Below, piece after piece: positions 49,301 through 57,602 of a stretch of DNA of 64,000 nucleotides. How positions within the stretch are numbered: the stretch's first letter is position 1; the number at the start of each line of letters is the position of its first letter. The notes under the pieces are model-generated. The model was not told where the DNA came from and made no database searches. It saw nothing but the letters and a program-made list of their open reading frames with translations. This DNA comes from an uncultured candidate division Zixibacteria bacterium (GTDB taxonomy: Bacteria > Zixibacteria > MSB-5A5 > GN15 > FEB-12): NCBI GenBank assembly GCA_963806185.1, contig CAWDXE010000007.1, forward strand, positions 320,001 to 384,000. The letters are read 5' to 3'. Both the position numbers and the translations under genes were made by a program.

Positions 49301-52300
49301 CAGTTTCCTGATCACTGCCTATAACGATTGCGACACGGCCACCTGTCTCCAGGTGGTGAAAGTCGACATCGCCAATCCGCCGGTGCTGACCTGTCCTGTC
49401 GATACCACTGTCGCCCTCTGCGCTACCGATACGCTCTGCTTCCCGCTGAATGTTTCGGGTGACAATGTCAATGTCACGGTCAGCGCTCCGGCCTACTACA
49501 ATGCCGGTCAGGTTTGCGTTCCGGTCCTCGGACTAGGTGAACAGACTATCCAGATCATCGCCGCCAATCAGTGCGGCGCCGATACCTGCCAGTTCACGGT
49601 TACCTCGACCGTCAACGAGCCGCCGGTAATTTCGGGTGACGACGCGACCGTGCCGCAGTGCGTCCTGAGCGAGATTTGCGTTCCCTTTACGGTCAGCGAT
49701 CCGAATAACGGCAAATTTACCGTGACCACGTCCTTGGGCCACATTCGCGGTCTTGGCGAATCCGCCAAACCGACCTCCTCGTCCAACACGATGGTGAGCG
49801 ACGATTTCGCCATGCGCAATAACACGCCCGAGGTTTGCTTCACGCCCGACCACTTTGGTGCCTTCCAGATCATCCTTACCGCCATCGACTCCTGCGGCGC
49901 CAAAGACGAGGACACCCTTGTGGTCACCGTCAACAAACTCGACTCTGTTTCAATCTCTCTGAACGGGGAGATTGTGCCCCAGACGCTGTGCAGCGGCCCC
50001 GATAGCATCTGCATCCCGGTGACCATCACCGGTAATCCGGCGGTCACAGTCAACTACGGCGAGTTGCGCAATAACAACCTCTGCTTCCTGGCGGACTCCA
50101 CCGGCACGTATACGATTACCGCCTTTGCGGCCGGCCCGTGCAACACCGACACGTTGTCCTACAGCGTCCACGTGACGAACACCATTCCGGTCGAGGTTAC
50201 CTGTCAGGCCACCGACACCGCGATCACCGTCTGCTCGTTCCCGGTCACCTTCCGCTTCCCGTTGAATATTACCGGTACGGTTGGCTCGGTCAGCGTGTTG
50301 CCGCTCGACGCCGTCCTTGGTCCGAACAATAGCTACATCGATGTTACCGCCGCGCGTGAAGGGGCGATTGAGGTCCGCGTCGTGGCCGAAAACGCCTGCT
50401 CCACCGATACCTGCGGGTTCGTGGTCACCGTCAAGGGGAACACCGCGCCCCAGATTACCCTGGGCAAGGATACCACTGTCATCGCGTGCCAACTCGTGCC
50501 GGTATGCGTCCCGCTTGCAGTGACTGATATCGACGGCAATTTGACTGAAATTTCATCCTCGCGCGGCGTCATCTCGAACGACTCCGTCTGCTTTACCGCG
50601 CCGGGCTTTGGTACCTTCGACATCGTCGTGCGCGCCACCGACGCCTGCGGCCTGGTGTCGACCGACACCGTGCTCATCACTCTAGAGCAGGGACCAGTCG
50701 CCCATATCGATTGCCCGGTGGGAACTATCGGTATCACGATGACCCTGCCCGACTCAGCGCGCGTGCCTTTGACTATCACGCCGCCGAACGTCCCGGTCAC
50801 CGTCCTGCCGTCCGGCCGCTATGATGCCGCCACCGGCCAGTTGGTGGTATACGTCGAGACCGAAGGTGTCCACACCTTTACGGTCATCGCCGCCGGCGAA
50901 TGCGGGTCTGATACGTGTGAAGTTTCTCTTGAGGTGAACCGCTACAATCCGCCGCTCGTCCAGTGCATCGGCTCCGTCGACACCGCCCTCTGCCTGGTCG
51001 GACCGACGACCCTATGTCTGCCCGTAACCGTCTCCGGCACCAGTATCAACGTCAGTGTATCGCCAATCGGCACCTATGCGGACGGCTCTGTTTGCTTCAC
51101 GGCCGATTCAGCCGGGACATATATAATTCGCATCATCGCGGCCAATGAAACCGAGGCCGATACCTGCTATTCGACAGCCGTCGTGACTCGTGGGCGTGCC
51201 CCTCAGGTCAATCTGGGCGAAGATTTCAGCCTAAATCTCTGCCAGGCTCAATTGGTCTGCGTCCCGCTGACTATTACCGGCGCCGAATTTGACGTCACTA
51301 CCGTCTTCTCGAATATCGGCTACGTCTCGGTCGACAGCGGCAAAGCCTGCTTCATGGCCGACAGCTCCGGCACCTATCGCCTGATCGTCACTGCCGGTGA
51401 CAACTGCGGCAACAGCTCGTCCGACACCGTTTACGTGACGGTCAATCTGAACAGAGCACCAGTTGTTACTCTCCCGGCCGACTTTGCCCAGCGCATGTGC
51501 GGCGAGGGTACGGTTTGCTTCGACGTCAGCGCGGTCGACAACAATCTGACCAGCGTTGTCACCAGCCTTGGCACCTACGATCCCGAAACGCACAAAGTCT
51601 GTTTCGCCCCGACCGGCAGCGGACTCTACACGGCCGTCGTGACCGCCGTCGATTCGTGCGGAATCGAAGATAAAGACACAATCAATATCACTGTGACCAA
51701 CAACACGGCGCCGCAGATCACCGATCTCCGCGATACCACGATCTACCTCTGCGCGCCGCAATCCGTCTGTATCCCGGTGACGATTGCCGACGCCGACTTC
51801 AACCCGGCCACCGTGACCGTCAGCCGCGGCAGCTACAGCGACGGTAAGATCTGCTTCATCCCGTATGACAGCGGCCTCTACCAGATCGTCGTTACCGCGA
51901 TTGATTCGTGCGGCTTGAGTGATGTAGACACGGTCGACGTCCGGATCAAGACCGATCAGAACATCACCCTGGTCTGTCCGCGCGACACCAGTATCTTCGT
52001 GTGCCAACCCGAGACGCTCTGCTTCCCGGTGGGCGGCATCCCGGCCGGCGCCAATGTCACGCTGACCGGTACCAACGTCTGGTGGAACGCCCAGAATCAG
52101 ACTGTCTGCTTCTTCTCCGACTGCTGTCTGGAGAATACTATCGGCGTCAAGGTGACCACCCCGTGCGGCACCTATCAGTGCTCGTTCACGGTCAAAGTTC
52201 AGACCAACAGCAAACCGCTGGTCATTGCGCCGAAAGACACGACCCTTCTGCAGTGCGCTCCGACCTCAATTTGTCTGCCGGTGGGCATTAGCGACGTCGA

Positions 52301-55300
52301 TAAGAATATCACTAACGTGACCGCCATCGGCGGCACCTGGGATAGCTACCGCAGCCAGGTCTGCGTTACCCCGACCGGCGAGGGCGCCTACCCGGTGATC
52401 ATCACCGCCACTGACGCCTGCGGCCTGACGGGCACCGACACGGTCGTGGTCACGATTCATCTGAATAAGAAACCGGTTATCACTTTCACGTCGGCCGATA
52501 CTATCTACACGCAGTGTACGCCGCAACAGATATGCGTGCCGATCGGCATCGCCGATCCCGACGGCAACTTGCTCGACGTGAATACGTTTGGCCTCAGCAC
52601 TTACAATGCGCAGAACGGTACCCTCTGCTTCACGCCGACCGGTACCGGACGGTTCTGCCTGCCGATTAAGGTGACCGATAAGTGTGGCTCCACCGACTCA
52701 ATCAGTGTCTGCATCACGGTCAACCCGGGTAACACTGTCGACATCACCTGTCCGACCGAACTCCCGCTCGCTACCCTATGTGCGCCGTCGCAGGTCTGTG
52801 TCCCGCTCGCCATCACCGGGCAGGGTTACACCGTGAGCACTAGTCTGGGCAGCTTTGCCGACGGCCAGCTTTGCTTCAACGCCGATTCGAGCGGCACGTA
52901 CACGATCCGGGTCATCGCTGCCGCCCAGTGCAACGCTGATACCTGCTTTGTGGTCAAGCAAGTGAAGATCCTCGAGCCGGTGGAGATTACCTGCCCCGGT
53001 AATCAGACCCTCTTCCTCTGCGCCACAGATACGCTTTGCTATCCGTTCACGGTCTCGCCGTCCGTTACCAATGTGACGGTGAGTGGCGGCGCCTATCTCA
53101 GCGGCAACACCGTCTGCGTGCCGTTGCTCACCGCTGGTCCAAGGGCGATAATCCTGATCGCCTCCGGTGCCTGCTCGGCTGACACCTGCTCGTTCACGGT
53201 GAATGCCACCTTCAACGCCCCGCCGGTGGTGACGTTCGGCAATGATACCACCATCACCGCCTGTGCTCTGAATCAGATCTGTCTGCCGTTCACGTTGACC
53301 GACGTCAACGGCAATATCGCCACCGTCACCCCTTCGGTGGGTGTCATCTCCGGCGGCAAACTCTGCTTCACGCCGACCGGCTACGGGGTCGTCGATATCA
53401 TCCTTACCGCCGTCGATTCGTGCGGTGCCAAGGATGACGACACCGTCAGAGTCACCTACAATCTGGGTGGAACCGCTGTCATTCCTCCGTACGACGGAGT
53501 CCAATACACGTCAATCTGCGGCCCTACCACGGTTTGTCTGCCGTTCCCGACGATTACTCCGGCGAACGCCACCATCACGATTACGCCCGCCGGTGTAACC
53601 TACAATCCGGCCACGCATCAAATCTGCATCCCGGTCACCAGCGGCGGCAGCAAGGCGATACGGGTCATCGCCAGCGCTCCGTGCGGCGCCGACACCTGCG
53701 ACTTCACCCTGCAGGTGACCATGAACCAGCCGCCGGTCGTCACCTGCCCCGGCACGATTGACACGCTTATGTGCCTGGCCGCCCCGACCAACCTCTGCTT
53801 CCCGGTGACGGTCACCGGCTCGGGTGTCAACGTCACGGTGCAGCCGATCGGCACCTACTCTGCCGGCGTGGTTTGCCTCCCCGTCAGCGCGGCCGGTACC
53901 TACAATCTGAAAATCATCGCCAGCGGTGTTTGCGGCGTCGACACCTGCGATACCAAGGTCATCGTTCGCGAGAACCAGAAACCGACGCTCACATTGCCTA
54001 CTGAAGGACTCACCTTCCAGCGCTGTCCGGACGACGTCGATGAAATCTGCATCGGCGGCATCGTGGCCCACGACGCTGAGTCGCCGGTGACCATTACCAA
54101 GGTCTGCGGCCCCGGTCAGTATACTTCCGCCCGCGCCGACTCCGGCTCGCTCTGCTTCACGCCGACCGACATCGGCACCTTCAACTTCTGTTTCCAGGTG
54201 ACCGACGGCTGTAATACGGTCACGGATACGCTGACTGTAATCATCAATGCCAAACCGGACTGCGATGTCTGTGCCCGGTTCACTATCGACGCCGGTGTCT
54301 GCTCGCCGGTCGGCCTGCGCAAGACGGCCGCGATCAAGATTGAGACCAACGATCCAATCGGCGGCTTCGATCTCCTGCTGAGCTATGACGCTTCGGCCCT
54401 CGCCTTCCAGAGTGCGACCATCACCGGCACCGACATCCAGGGCTGGGAATACTTCACCTGGAAGCTCAACAACGGCGGTTGCGGCACTGCCTGTCCGTCC
54501 GGCCTGATTCGACTGGTCGGTATCGCTGATAGGAACAACGGTTCGGCCCATCCGCCGGATTCCACGTTCAACCCGAACGGCGTGATCGTCCTGCTCGATT
54601 TCCAGATCTTCAATGATCAGACGTTGGGTGACCAGTTTGTGCCGATCCGTTGGGTCTGGTATGACTGTGCCGATAACACGCTGTCCAACCCGAGCGGTAC
54701 CATCCTGTACGCCGATCAGCGGATCTTCACGTACGAAGGCAATCTCGTCTGGGATGAAACCGACGACGTCCACTATCCTGAAGCAGCCCGTCCGTTCGGC
54801 ACCGGCTCACCGGATGAATGCTTCGTCGGCAGTGACAAGGCCGCTCCGCTCCGTTGTATCGAATTCTACCACGGCGGTATATGTATCATCCATCCGGATT
54901 CGATCGACGACCGCGGCGATATCAACCTCAACGGTCTGGCGTATGAAATTGCCGACGCGGTGCTCTTCACCAGCTACTTCATCAAGGGCCTAAGCGTCTT
55001 CACGGAGAGCATTCCCGGTCAGGTGGCGGCAACTGACGTCACCAACGACGGTCTGACACTAACCGTGGCCGACCTGGCCTATCTGATCCGCGTCATCGTC
55101 GGCGATGCTCAGCCGATTCCGAAGCTGAACCCGTACGCTGATCCGGCTCAGGTGACCATGACCCGGAACGGCAATAGTCTGGTCGTATCAACTGAGACGG
55201 TCTCCGACGTCGGTATTGCCTGGCTAACCTTCGATCTCGGCGCCAATACCGATATCGGCCAGCCGTTTGTCGGCGCCGACGCCCAGGGTATGGATCTGAT

Positions 55301-55763
55301 CTATTCGGTGGAGAACGGTCAGGTGAAAATGCTGCTCTACAATATCGGCCATAATCGCATCGCCGCCGGCAAGAACCGTATCCTCGAGATACCGCTGCTC
55401 GGCGACGGCGAAGTGACCCTGTCCCGTGCGGAGATGACGGACTACGACGGTCGTGTGTACATGACCAGCGCGGCCACCACTCTGCCGACTGAGTACAGCC
55501 TGTCGCAGAACTTCCCGAACCCGTTCAACCCGAGCACGACCATCAGCTTCCGTCTGCCGCAGGCGGCCGACTGGAATCTGACTGTCTACAACATCACCGG
55601 TGGCCTCGTTCGCAGTTATAGCGGATCAAGCGCCGCGGGTAATGTCGATGTGATCTGGGATGGTCGGACAGATGACGGCACTGAGACTGCATCCGGCATT
55701 TATCTGTACCGCTTCGATGCGGGCAGCTTCAGCCAGACCCGGAAGATGGTCCTGCTGAAATAA
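46341..55763 (+). CDS. Giant (3140 aa) secreted cysteine-rich protein: 30 Ig/cadherin/HYR-like modules, cohesin-like, dockerin-like and FlgD-Ig / T9SS-type sorting domains
   Basis: Signal peptide and RBS ggagg; about 85-aa repeats; RGDINLNG and DVTNDG EF-hand-like pair; tail QNFPNPFNP...RKMVLLK. Confidence 0.9.
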   Translation: MKRFGFWCTLNLCVSLLILFAARTGSAAPAVPGGTTKTTAVDPLHYPVLELPNDSTVFLCSQGDSICYMLKAHDVDSGDSIKVILLSGPIAWAPTVYGNDIALPICFVADTSGDYRFIWRIHDLVGRSIIDTVDFFVTVGVKPSIADQNFTTEMCWGVNYREVPMIYSDSGLDAVTFTLLSGAGTVDAQTGLLEYTVDTAGTYVFQVEISGGCGADTATITDVITINKPPYFTTDDQTVKLCDSAAVCVNLTGVDPEGGAIHFTLLEGGGEVVQTENGWQLCFSPQNLPHATYQFIVCLQDDCPTEPGTAIPRATPLCVEDTLYVTVDINAPPVLTCPGEQLFSGCNPKSYCYSVSYTDAEDNPVVLTVLSGNAVVDGQSICVIPGELTEFDVVIEARDECGADTCTTHVRIEGNRPPTVITGVDQNLTLCAPETICLDAFVNDPNLDIANVFSNIGTYNPQTSKVCFTPDTAGVYTIIVTAVDSCGAEDMDTTVVTVALNEMPTLSLGDDQIIKVCDAGPEGYQVCVPVATTDEGPLTITSTLGAYDPINHRMCFNVTQSGEYMVIGFATDDCNAKATDTVMINITLGHPPTIAVNDDSLYLCFPQPVCFPVTINDVDNDIASVTVSKGKYENGQVCFVPYDSGTYKIAITVTDKCGTAVTDTLRVKVRTDQNVVLNCPKDTSIFLCEPDTLCFPFSGFPDDADLELTGVGVWYDKAKGAICFYSDCCLENIITAKVTTLCGYEFTCSFKVRVQTNSKPLVILPNDTTMRGCDVEGICLPVGISDIDNNIVNVTTGFGTYDAYLRQVCFTPDTVGTYQITVVATDACGLTGSDVINVVVKGNTPPTIAIQFPEGPISECVTEPICLPVTILDEDANIRNVVIKGGTYNPETHLLCFTPDTAGTYCLEMRVTDSCGAQATAQGCVTVKKDGPVNIACTEQIRQFSLCGADSICFPVEITGNNVTVTTNCCSIVDGQFCFYADTSGIYSFLITAYNDCDTATCLQVVKVDIANPPVLTCPVDTTVALCATDTLCFPLNVSGDNVNVTVSAPAYYNAGQVCVPVLGLGEQTIQIIAANQCGADTCQFTVTSTVNEPPVISGDDATVPQCVLSEICVPFTVSDPNNGKFTVTTSLGHIRGLGESAKPTSSSNTMVSDDFAMRNNTPEVCFTPDHFGAFQIILTAIDSCGAKDEDTLVVTVNKLDSVSISLNGEIVPQTLCSGPDSICIPVTITGNPAVTVNYGELRNNNLCFLADSTGTYTITAFAAGPCNTDTLSYSVHVTNTIPVEVTCQATDTAITVCSFPVTFRFPLNITGTVGSVSVLPLDAVLGPNNSYIDVTAAREGAIEVRVVAENACSTDTCGFVVTVKGNTAPQITLGKDTTVIACQLVPVCVPLAVTDIDGNLTEISSSRGVISNDSVCFTAPGFGTFDIVVRATDACGLVSTDTVLITLEQGPVAHIDCPVGTIGITMTLPDSARVPLTITPPNVPVTVLPSGRYDAATGQLVVYVETEGVHTFTVIAAGECGSDTCEVSLEVNRYNPPLVQCIGSVDTALCLVGPTTLCLPVTVSGTSINVSVSPIGTYADGSVCFTADSAGTYIIRIIAANETEADTCYSTAVVTRGRAPQVNLGEDFSLNLCQAQLVCVPLTITGAEFDVTTVFSNIGYVSVDSGKACFMADSSGTYRLIVTAGDNCGNSSSDTVYVTVNLNRAPVVTLPADFAQRMCGEGTVCFDVSAVDNNLTSVVTSLGTYDPETHKVCFAPTGSGLYTAVVTAVDSCGIEDKDTINITVTNNTAPQITDLRDTTIYLCAPQSVCIPVTIADADFNPATVTVSRGSYSDGKICFIPYDSGLYQIVVTAIDSCGLSDVDTVDVRIKTDQNITLVCPRDTSIFVCQPETLCFPVGGIPAGANVTLTGTNVWWNAQNQTVCFFSDCCLENTIGVKVTTPCGTYQCSFTVKVQTNSKPLVIAPKDTTLLQCAPTSICLPVGISDVDKNITNVTAIGGTWDSYRSQVCVTPTGEGAYPVIITATDACGLTGTDTVVVTIHLNKKPVITFTSADTIYTQCTPQQICVPIGIADPDGNLLDVNTFGLSTYNAQNGTLCFTPTGTGRFCLPIKVTDKCGSTDSISVCITVNPGNTVDITCPTELPLATLCAPSQVCVPLAITGQGYTVSTSLGSFADGQLCFNADSSGTYTIRVIAAAQCNADTCFVVKQVKILEPVEITCPGNQTLFLCATDTLCYPFTVSPSVTNVTVSGGAYLSGNTVCVPLLTAGPRAIILIASGACSADTCSFTVNATFNAPPVVTFGNDTTITACALNQICLPFTLTDVNGNIATVTPSVGVISGGKLCFTPTGYGVVDIILTAVDSCGAKDDDTVRVTYNLGGTAVIPPYDGVQYTSICGPTTVCLPFPTITPANATITITPAGVTYNPATHQICIPVTSGGSKAIRVIASAPCGADTCDFTLQVTMNQPPVVTCPGTIDTLMCLAAPTNLCFPVTVTGSGVNVTVQPIGTYSAGVVCLPVSAAGTYNLKIIASGVCGVDTCDTKVIVRENQKPTLTLPTEGLTFQRCPDDVDEICIGGIVAHDAESPVTITKVCGPGQYTSARADSGSLCFTPTDIGTFNFCFQVTDGCNTVTDTLTVIINAKPDCDVCARFTIDAGVCSPVGLRKTAAIKIETNDPIGGFDLLLSYDASALAFQSATITGTDIQGWEYFTWKLNNGGCGTACPSGLIRLVGIADRNNGSAHPPDSTFNPNGVIVLLDFQIFNDQTLGDQFVPIRWVWYDCADNTLSNPSGTILYADQRIFTYEGNLVWDETDDVHYPEAARPFGTGSPDECFVGSDKAAPLRCIEFYHGGICIIHPDSIDDRGDINLNGLAYEIADAVLFTSYFIKGLSVFTESIPGQVAATDVTNDGLTLTVADLAYLIRVIVGDAQPIPKLNPYADPAQVTMTRNGNSLVVSTETVSDVGIAWLTFDLGANTDIGQPFVGADAQGMDLIYSVENGQVKMLLYNIGHNRIAAGKNRILEIPLLGDGEVTLSRAEMTDYDGRVYMTSAATTLPTEYSLSQNFPNPFNPSTTISFRLPQAADWNLTVYNITGGLVRSYSGSSAAGNVDVIWDGRTDDGTETASGIYLYRFDAGSFSQTRKMVLLK

Positions 55764-55789
55764 ATCCCCCTTCCTATCTTTCCTCGTAT

Positions 55790-55826
55790 GGTGCTTGGAG
55801 CGACCAGACTCCAGGCACCTTTTTTA
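55790..55826 (+). terminator. Intrinsic terminator
   Basis: ggtgcttggag...ctccaggcacc followed by T6. Confidence 0.8.
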
Positions 55827-56292
55827 TTTGGCGTAGGGCGAGCCACCCAGAATCGAAAACGCCCGATAGAGCTGCTCCAGCAGCATCAGCCGCACCAACT
55901 GATGCGTATACGTCATCGCGGATAGGGAGAGAGTCGCCGACGCCTCGCGTTATGATCGATTGGTGCAGCCCATACGGCCCGCCGATCACCAACGTCACCT
56001 GACCCACCTGCAGGAATTGTTTTTCAACATAGCGCGCGAAGGCCGCTGAATCGTACACCTTCCCCCGATCCCACAGCGCGAGGTACTTGTCGTCGCCCAG
56101 TTCCTTCCGGAATATCTCGGCCTCTTTCTCGAGCAGCATTTCCTGGGGCAGGGAAGAGGCATTCTTCACCGACGGCAGCGTGACCATCTCAAGCCGGGCA
56201 AACTTCTTCAACAGCTTGAGGTAGTGGGCAATTCCTTCGGTCAACCACTCTGCTTTGTCTCTCCCGATCGAGATGATCTTTATCTTACGCAT
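55824..56292 (-). CDS. rlmH: 23S rRNA pseudouridine-1915 N3-methyltransferase, one +1 frameshift near 55944
   Basis: IGGPYGL; removing one base restores [33 protein letters not shown] and a 155-aa protein. Confidence 0.92.
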
Positions 56293-56683
56293 CGCGCACT
56301 ACCTTGATGACCAGGTGCCGCCGCCGTGGTCCGTCAAACTCACAAAAATGGATCCCCTGCCAAGTCCCCAGCACCAACTGGCCGTGCTCCACAAGCACGG
56401 TCAGCGAGAATCCAAACAGCGACGCCTTCAGGTGAGCGTCCGAATTCCCCTCGGCATGGTGATATCCGTCCTGCTGGGGAATCTCCTTGTTCAACTTGTA
56501 GAGTAAGTCTCGCTTGACGTCGGGATCGGCGTTTTCGTTGATCGTGATCCCCGCCGTTGTGTGCGGCACAAAACAGTGAGCCACCCCCGACTGCACGCCG
56601 CTCTGGGTCACCGCCTGCTGCACCCGGCGGGTGATGTCGATCATTTCCTCGCGCTGCGAAGTAGCGATTTCTAGTTCAATCAT
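56285..56683 (-). CDS. yjbQ: YjbQ/UPF0047 family protein
   Basis: HTTAGITINENADPDV, GNSDAHLK and LGTWQGI motifs. Confidence 0.93.
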   Translation of the reverse strand: MIELEIATSQREEMIDITRRVQQAVTQSGVQSGVAHCFVPHTTAGITINENADPDVKRDLLYKLNKEIPQQDGYHHAEGNSDAHLKASLFGFSLTVLVEHGQLVLGTWQGIHFCEFDGPRRRHLVIKVVRDA

Positions 56684-57600
56684 TGGGCAAATAATGCTTC
56701 GGCGAACTGCCGTGGATCAAACCGCTGAATGTCGGCTATCCCTTCACCCAGCCCGATAAACTCAACCGGTACGCCCAGCTCTTCGGCGATCGCGATCACC
56801 ACGCCTCCTTTGGCGGTGCCGTCGAGCTTGGTGACGATCAACCCGTCGCACCCGACCGCGTCAGTGAACACCTTCACTTGCGAGAGGGCGTTCTGGCCCG
56901 TCGTGCCGTCGAGTATCAACTTGCTGTATATCTTCGCTTCCGGGACGGCCCGTTCGACCACCCGGCGGATCTTTTTCAACTCTTCCATCAAGTTAGCCTT
57001 GGTGTGCAGCCGCCCGGCCGTGTCCACGAGCAGAATATCGACGCCCCGGGCTGCCGCCGCCTTGGCCGCGTCAAACGCCACGGCCGCCGGATCGGCATTC
57101 TCCTGCGACCGGATGATCTCCACGCCGCTCCGCTCCGCCCAGATCGCGATCTGATCTATGGCCGCCGCGCGAAACGTGTCGCATGCCGCGATCATCACCT
57201 TCTTGCCTTCAGCGGAGAAGAAGGTCGCCAGCTTGCCGATCGTCGTCGTCTTGCCGACTCCGTTGACGCCGGTAATCAGCCAGATCGAAAGCGTCCCCTT
57301 GGCGCCGTTCTCCGAGGGCCGGTGGCTGGAAAGAATGCCGGCGATTTCATCCTTCAGCAACGCCATCACCTCTTCGCCCTCGTTGGTCTTGTTCTGGCGC
57401 GCCAGCTCCTTGAGGCGGCCGGTGAGACGGGTGGTCGCCTTCACTCCCACGTCGGCCCCGATGAGAATCTCCTCGATCTCGTCGAGCAGCTCATCGTCCA
57501 GCTTGCGTCGATTGACTATTTGAGAAATCTTGCCGAAAACCGAATCTTTGGTTTTCGCGAGCGACTGCTTCAGTTTCTCGAAGGGATTGAAGAAACCCAC
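56680..57600 (-). CDS. ftsY: Signal recognition particle receptor
   Basis: GVNGVGKTTT, DTFRAAA, DTAGR and TKLDGTAKGG motifs. Confidence 0.97.
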   Translation of the reverse strand: MGFFNPFEKLKQSLAKTKDSVFGKISQIVNRRKLDDELLDEIEEILIGADVGVKATTRLTGRLKELARQNKTNEGEEVMALLKDEIAGILSSHRPSENGAKGTLSIWLITGVNGVGKTTTIGKLATFFSAEGKKVMIAACDTFRAAAIDQIAIWAERSGVEIIRSQENADPAAVAFDAAKAAAARGVDILLVDTAGRLHTKANLMEELKKIRRVVERAVPEAKIYSKLILDGTTGQNALSQVKVFTDAVGCDGLIVTKLDGTAKGGVVIAIAEELGVPVEFIGLGEGIADIQRFDPRQFAEALFAQ

Positions 57601-57602
57601 GC

